This document shows, one piece after another, positions 60,779 to 64,000 of a DNA stretch of 64,000 nt. The stretch spans positions 28,322 through 92,321 of the forward strand of contig JAZQZH010000052.1 of NCBI GenBank assembly GCA_045633945.1. The letters are read 5' to 3'. The DNA comes from Alphaproteobacteria bacterium. GTDB lineage: Bacteria; Pseudomonadota; Alphaproteobacteria; RF32; CAG-239. The position numbers were made by a program, and so were the translations under genes. Position 1 is the stretch's first letter; every line of letters begins with the position of its first letter. The notes beneath the pieces are model-generated. The model worked only from the letters and a program-made list of their open reading frames with translations, was not told the DNA's origin and did not search any database.

Positions 60779-61549
60779 CTATATCTCCTTTTCTCTTTTT
60801 AAAACTTCTTTTGCTAGGCTTAAATATGCTTTTGCGCCCACGCTTTTAAAATCATAAATCAAAACAGGCATTCCATGGGATGGTGCTTCTGAAATTCTAA
60901 CACTTCTTGGAATAACCGTATTGTAAACTTTTGCTCCGAAATATTTTCTTACATCACTTTCAACCATTTGACTTAAATTATTTCTCTTATCAAACATAGT
61001 CAACACAATACCCTGTAAATCCAACTTGGGATTAAAATTCTTTTTTATGGTGTTTATATTTTTTACCAAATCTGTTAAACCTTCTAAAGCTAAAAATTCA
61101 CTCTGTAAAGGAACTATAACAGAATCTGATGAAACCAACGCATTTATTGTTATTAAATTTAATGATGGAGGGCAATCTATAAGTATATAATCATATTTAC
61201 TATTAAGTGTATCAAGAGCTCTTTTTAACACAAACTCTCTTTTTGCAACATCAATTAACTCTATTTCTGCCGCAGCAAGAGCTGGAGCTGATGGTAAAAT
61301 ATCAAACTTTTTAATATCTGTTTTCACTATAGCATCTTCTGCATTACAATTGTTTATCATTAAATCGTAAGTAGAAAACAAGCATTTATTCTTATTTATA
61401 CCAAGTGAAGTTGTAGCGTTACCTTGAGGATCCATATCCAAAATAAGCACTCTTTTACCAATAGCCGCCATTGCTGTTGCTATATTAACAGCTGTTGTTG
61501 TTTTACCAACTCCACCTTTACGGTTTGCTATAGATATAATTTTAACCAT
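60779..61549 (-). CDS. parA: chromosome partitioning ATPase ParA
   Basis: It has the deviant Walker A NRKGGVGKTT and DYILIDCPPSL. Confidence 0.95.
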   Translation of the reverse strand: MVKIISIANRKGGVGKTTTAVNIATAMAAIGKRVLILDMDPQGNATTSLGINKNKCLFSTYDLMINNCNAEDAIVKTDIKKFDILPSAPALAAAEIELIDVAKREFVLKRALDTLNSKYDYILIDCPPSLNLITINALVSSDSVIVPLQSEFLALEGLTDLVKNINTIKKNFNPKLDLQGIVLTMFDKRNNLSQMVESDVRKYFGAKVYNTVIPRSVRISEAPSHGMPVLIYDFKSVGAKAYLSLAKEVLKREKEI

Positions 61550-61553
61550 CCCT

Positions 61554-62168
61554 TTATTTTCTCCTTATGTTTTCTATTTGTAAAACACAACCCTTATCAC
61601 TTGTTTGGCTTTTTTGAGTTATAAAACTAAAACACCACCTTTTTTTTGCCTCAACAACTTCTTCTTGCCATTTCTCACCCTTTAGAAAAAGTAATCTTGT
61701 TTTATTATAACAAAAAGGTTTTGAGTATTCTAACAATTTATCAAGTGATGCCATCGCTCTTGATGTTATAACATCTGCTTTAGATATATTTAATTTTTCT
61801 ATTCTATCATTATATATATTCAGATCCAAACCAAGTTCATCGCTGACAACCTTTAAAAAGTTAGCTTTTTTACTAATACTTTCAATTAAAGATATTTTTA
61901 AGTTTGGAAAAATATCTTTTGCTATAATAGCGATAACCACACCAGGAAAACCAGCACCAGAACCAAAATCATATAACACCTTATCATCACACTTTAGATA
62001 TAGGCATAACTGCAAAGAGTCTTCTATATGACGACTCCAAATATCTTGAATCGATGATTTACTAATAAGATTAAACTTATTATTCCACTCTAAAACAAGT
62101 TTTTCATAAGCTTTCAATCTTTCTATTGTTTCACGTGAAACATTATATGTTTTTAAAATATCACTCAT
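61554..62168 (-). CDS. rsmG: 16S rRNA m7G527 methyltransferase
   Basis: It has the SAM motif DFGSGAGFPG and the N-terminal VSRETIERL. It sits between parA and mnmG. Confidence 0.9.
   Translation of the reverse strand: MSDILKTYNVSRETIERLKAYEKLVLEWNNKFNLISKSSIQDIWSRHIEDSLQLCLYLKCDDKVLYDFGSGAGFPGVVIAIIAKDIFPNLKISLIESISKKANFLKVVSDELGLDLNIYNDRIEKLNISKADVITSRAMASLDKLLEYSKPFCYNKTRLLFLKGEKWQEEVVEAKKRWCFSFITQKSQTSDKGCVLQIENIRRK
62127..62142. other. parS centromere-like site (perfect TGTTTCACGTGAAACA) inside rsmG
   Basis: This is an exact 16-bp palindrome matching the widely conserved parS consensus. Confidence 0.9.
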
Positions 62169-62230
62169 GTTTTAGATAATATTTTATCCAATATATTTTG
62201 ATACAAAAATTTTTAGTTATAAACATCAAT

Positions 62231-64000
62231 CTAATTATTTTTCATATATCCCAAAATGGCAATAATTGCAGCTGGCGTAACACCTGAAATACGAGAAGCT
62301 TCACCTAATGTTTCTGGGCGATATTTTTCAAGTTTCATAACCATCTCTCTTGATAAACCACCAACCTTTGAATAATCAATATCTTTTCTTATTTTAATAT
62401 TTTCATCTTTTTTAAATATTTCTATATCATTTGCTTGACGTTTCATATAGCCACTATATTTAGATTCTATACAGATTTGCTCATAAACATCATTAGATAC
62501 ATTCTTTATTACAGGGAATATATCCTCTATTGTTTCACGTGAAACATTATCATTTCCCATCAAAACAAAAAGACTTTTTTTACCACCTTCTTTTTTTATA
62601 GGTAAACCATATTCATCAATATCAGATGCATTTAAATACGTTGTACAACACAACTCTCTATATTCATCCAACATATTCTTTTTATTTTTAAATACATTGT
62701 ATCTATCATCTGAAACACAACCAATTTTCCTACCTTTTTCAGTTAAACGAAGATCAGCGTTATCGGCTCTTAAATACAATCTATATTCTGATCTTGATGT
62801 AAACATTCTATATGGTTCATCAACACCTTGTGTTATAAGATCATCTATCATAACACCAATATATCCCTCGCTTCTATCTATATAGAAATTATCTCTATCT
62901 TGAGCATAAAGAGCTGCATTAACGCCAGCAATCAAGCCTTGAGCACCTGCCTCTTCATATCCTGTTGTTCCATTAATTTGACCCGCAAGATATAACCCCT
63001 TTGCCTTTTTTACAGCTAAACCATGATTTAATTCCAATGGATCAACATAATCATATTCTATAGCATAAGCAGGTTGTAAAATTTCAACATTTTCCAATCC
63101 TTTAATTGTGTGAATAAAGGCATCTTGTACATCAGCTGGTAATGATGTAGATATACCATTTGGATATACAACATTTGTATCATAACCTTCTGGCTCTAAA
63201 AATATTTGATGACTTGTTCTATCTGCAAATTTAACAAGTTTATCTTCTATGCTAGGACAATACCTTGGTCCAACACCTGTGATCAAACCTGAAAAAAGCG
63301 CGCATTTTGAAAAATTATCACGTATTATTCTATGGGTTTCTTCGTTTGTTTGTGTGATATAACAACTAATTTGCTTCTGTTTTAACTCTTTTGTTGTAAA
63401 TGAAAAAGGAATAGGTATATCATCGCCATTTTGTTGCTCCAACACATTCCAATTAATAGTTTCACCATTTAATCTTGCCGGTGTTCCTGTTTTTAACCTA
63501 CCAACATTTAACCCTATTTTTTTTAAATACGATGTTATACCAACACAATTCACATCATTTATTCTACCACCATAAGTGGTATCATGCCCTACAAACATTG
63601 TACCATTCAAAAAAGTACCAACAGTTAAAACAGTTGATTTTGATAAAAATTTTTCACCATTATCCAAAACAACACCTTCAACCTTATTACCATTAACAAC
63701 CAAACCTTCAACAGCACCTTCAATTATTGCTAAATTTTCTATATTTAACAACTCTTCTTGCATATATTTTTTATATAAAACTCTATCTGCTTGTGCTCTT
63801 GGACCTCTAACTGCAGGACCTTTTGAAGAATTTAATAATCTAAACTGTATTCCAGCTTTATCAATAACTCTAGCCATTAAACCATCAAGAGCGTCTATTT
63901 CTCTAACAAGATGCCCCTTACCTAAACCACCAATAGCAGGATTACATGACATCTCACCAATAGAGTTTATTTTATGAGTTATTAAAGCAGTTTTACACCC
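62231..64000 (-). CDS. mnmG: tRNA uridine 5-carboxymethylaminomethyl modification enzyme MnmG (GidA); its 5' end lies beyond the right edge
   Basis: It has [24 protein letters not shown]. The frame stays open upstream of the track's ATG 63952 (..[16 protein letters not shown]) through base 64000, so the true N-terminus lies outside the window. Confidence 0.95.
   Translation of the reverse strand, partial: GCKTALITHKINSIGEMSCNPAIGGLGKGHLVREIDALDGLMARVIDKAGIQFRLLNSSKGPAVRGPRAQADRVLYKKYMQEELLNIENLAIIEGAVEGLVVNGNKVEGVVLDNGEKFLSKSTVLTVGTFLNGTMFVGHDTTYGGRINDVNCVGITSYLKKIGLNVGRLKTGTPARLNGETINWNVLEQQNGDDIPIPFSFTTKELKQKQISCYITQTNEETHRIIRDNFSKCALFSGLITGVGPRYCPSIEDKLVKFADRTSHQIFLEPEGYDTNVVYPNGISTSLPADVQDAFIHTIKGLENVEILQPAYAIEYDYVDPLELNHGLAVKKAKGLYLAGQINGTTGYEEAGAQGLIAGVNAALYAQDRDNFYIDRSEGYIGVMIDDLITQGVDEPYRMFTSRSEYRLYLRADNADLRLTEKGRKIGCVSDDRYNVFKNKKNMLDEYRELCCTTYLNASDIDEYGLPIKKEGGKKSLFVLMGNDNVSRETIEDIFPVIKNVSNDVYEQICIESKYSGYMKRQANDIEIFKKDENIKIRKDIDYSKVGGLSREMVMKLEKYRPETLGEASRISGVTPAAIIAILGYMKNN
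62531..62546. other. parS centromere-like site (perfect TGTTTCACGTGAAACA) inside mnmG
   Basis: This is an exact 16-bp palindrome. Together with its flanks it forms a 25-nt stretch (tctattgtttcacgtgaaacattat) identical to the rsmG copy. Confidence 0.9.

Overview
This is a gene-dense, visibly AT-rich chromosomal segment. I count about 58 protein genes and one structured RNA, the RNase P RNA, which the ORF track cannot show. I found no rRNA or tRNA genes, no CRISPR array, and no transposase, integrase or phage genes. Most of the content is housekeeping: rluD, rpoH, an RND efflux triad, tgt, recN, bamD, lpxC, glmM, tolQRA, gpmI, an envC-like gene, ctpA, rppH, tsaE, mlaEF, radA, tyrS, anmK, rlmN, cca, and parB-parA-rsmG-mnmG. 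Several features point to an alphaproteobacterium with a reduced genome, probably an intracellular or endosymbiotic lineage. These are the RpoH box, a short C-terminal-only hprK, an IalB-family protein, the gpmI/envC-like/ctpA/rppH block, and N/K/E-rich low-complexity proteins. This placement is inference, and the taxon cannot be named from this window. Genes are tightly packed, with many ATGA or TAATG stop/start overlaps. I see no clearly delimited accessory island. The most unusual items are: (1) two adjacent acidic proteins at the left edge that share a reiterated GG/GL-D-D-F-I peptide motif encoded by near-perfect in-frame tandem repeats; (2) a ParA/MinD-fold protein that has lost both Walker A lysines, translationally coupled to a membrane J-domain protein with a C-terminal SH3-like domain; (3) a translationally coupled tgt / LOG-family nucleotide N-glycosidase / signal-anchored fucosyltransferase-like trio; (4) a porin coupled to an atypical OmpR-type regulator; (5) a Bat (aerotolerance-type) cluster without moxR/DUF58, carrying a roughly 300-aa N/D/K/E/S low-complexity insert; (6) a single 1147-aa fusion of ABC-2 permease, GldG-like and DUF4340-like modules; and (7) two perfect 16-bp parS palindromes inside rsmG and mnmG. 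All functional calls rest on motifs I could read in the translations. No database search was possible.
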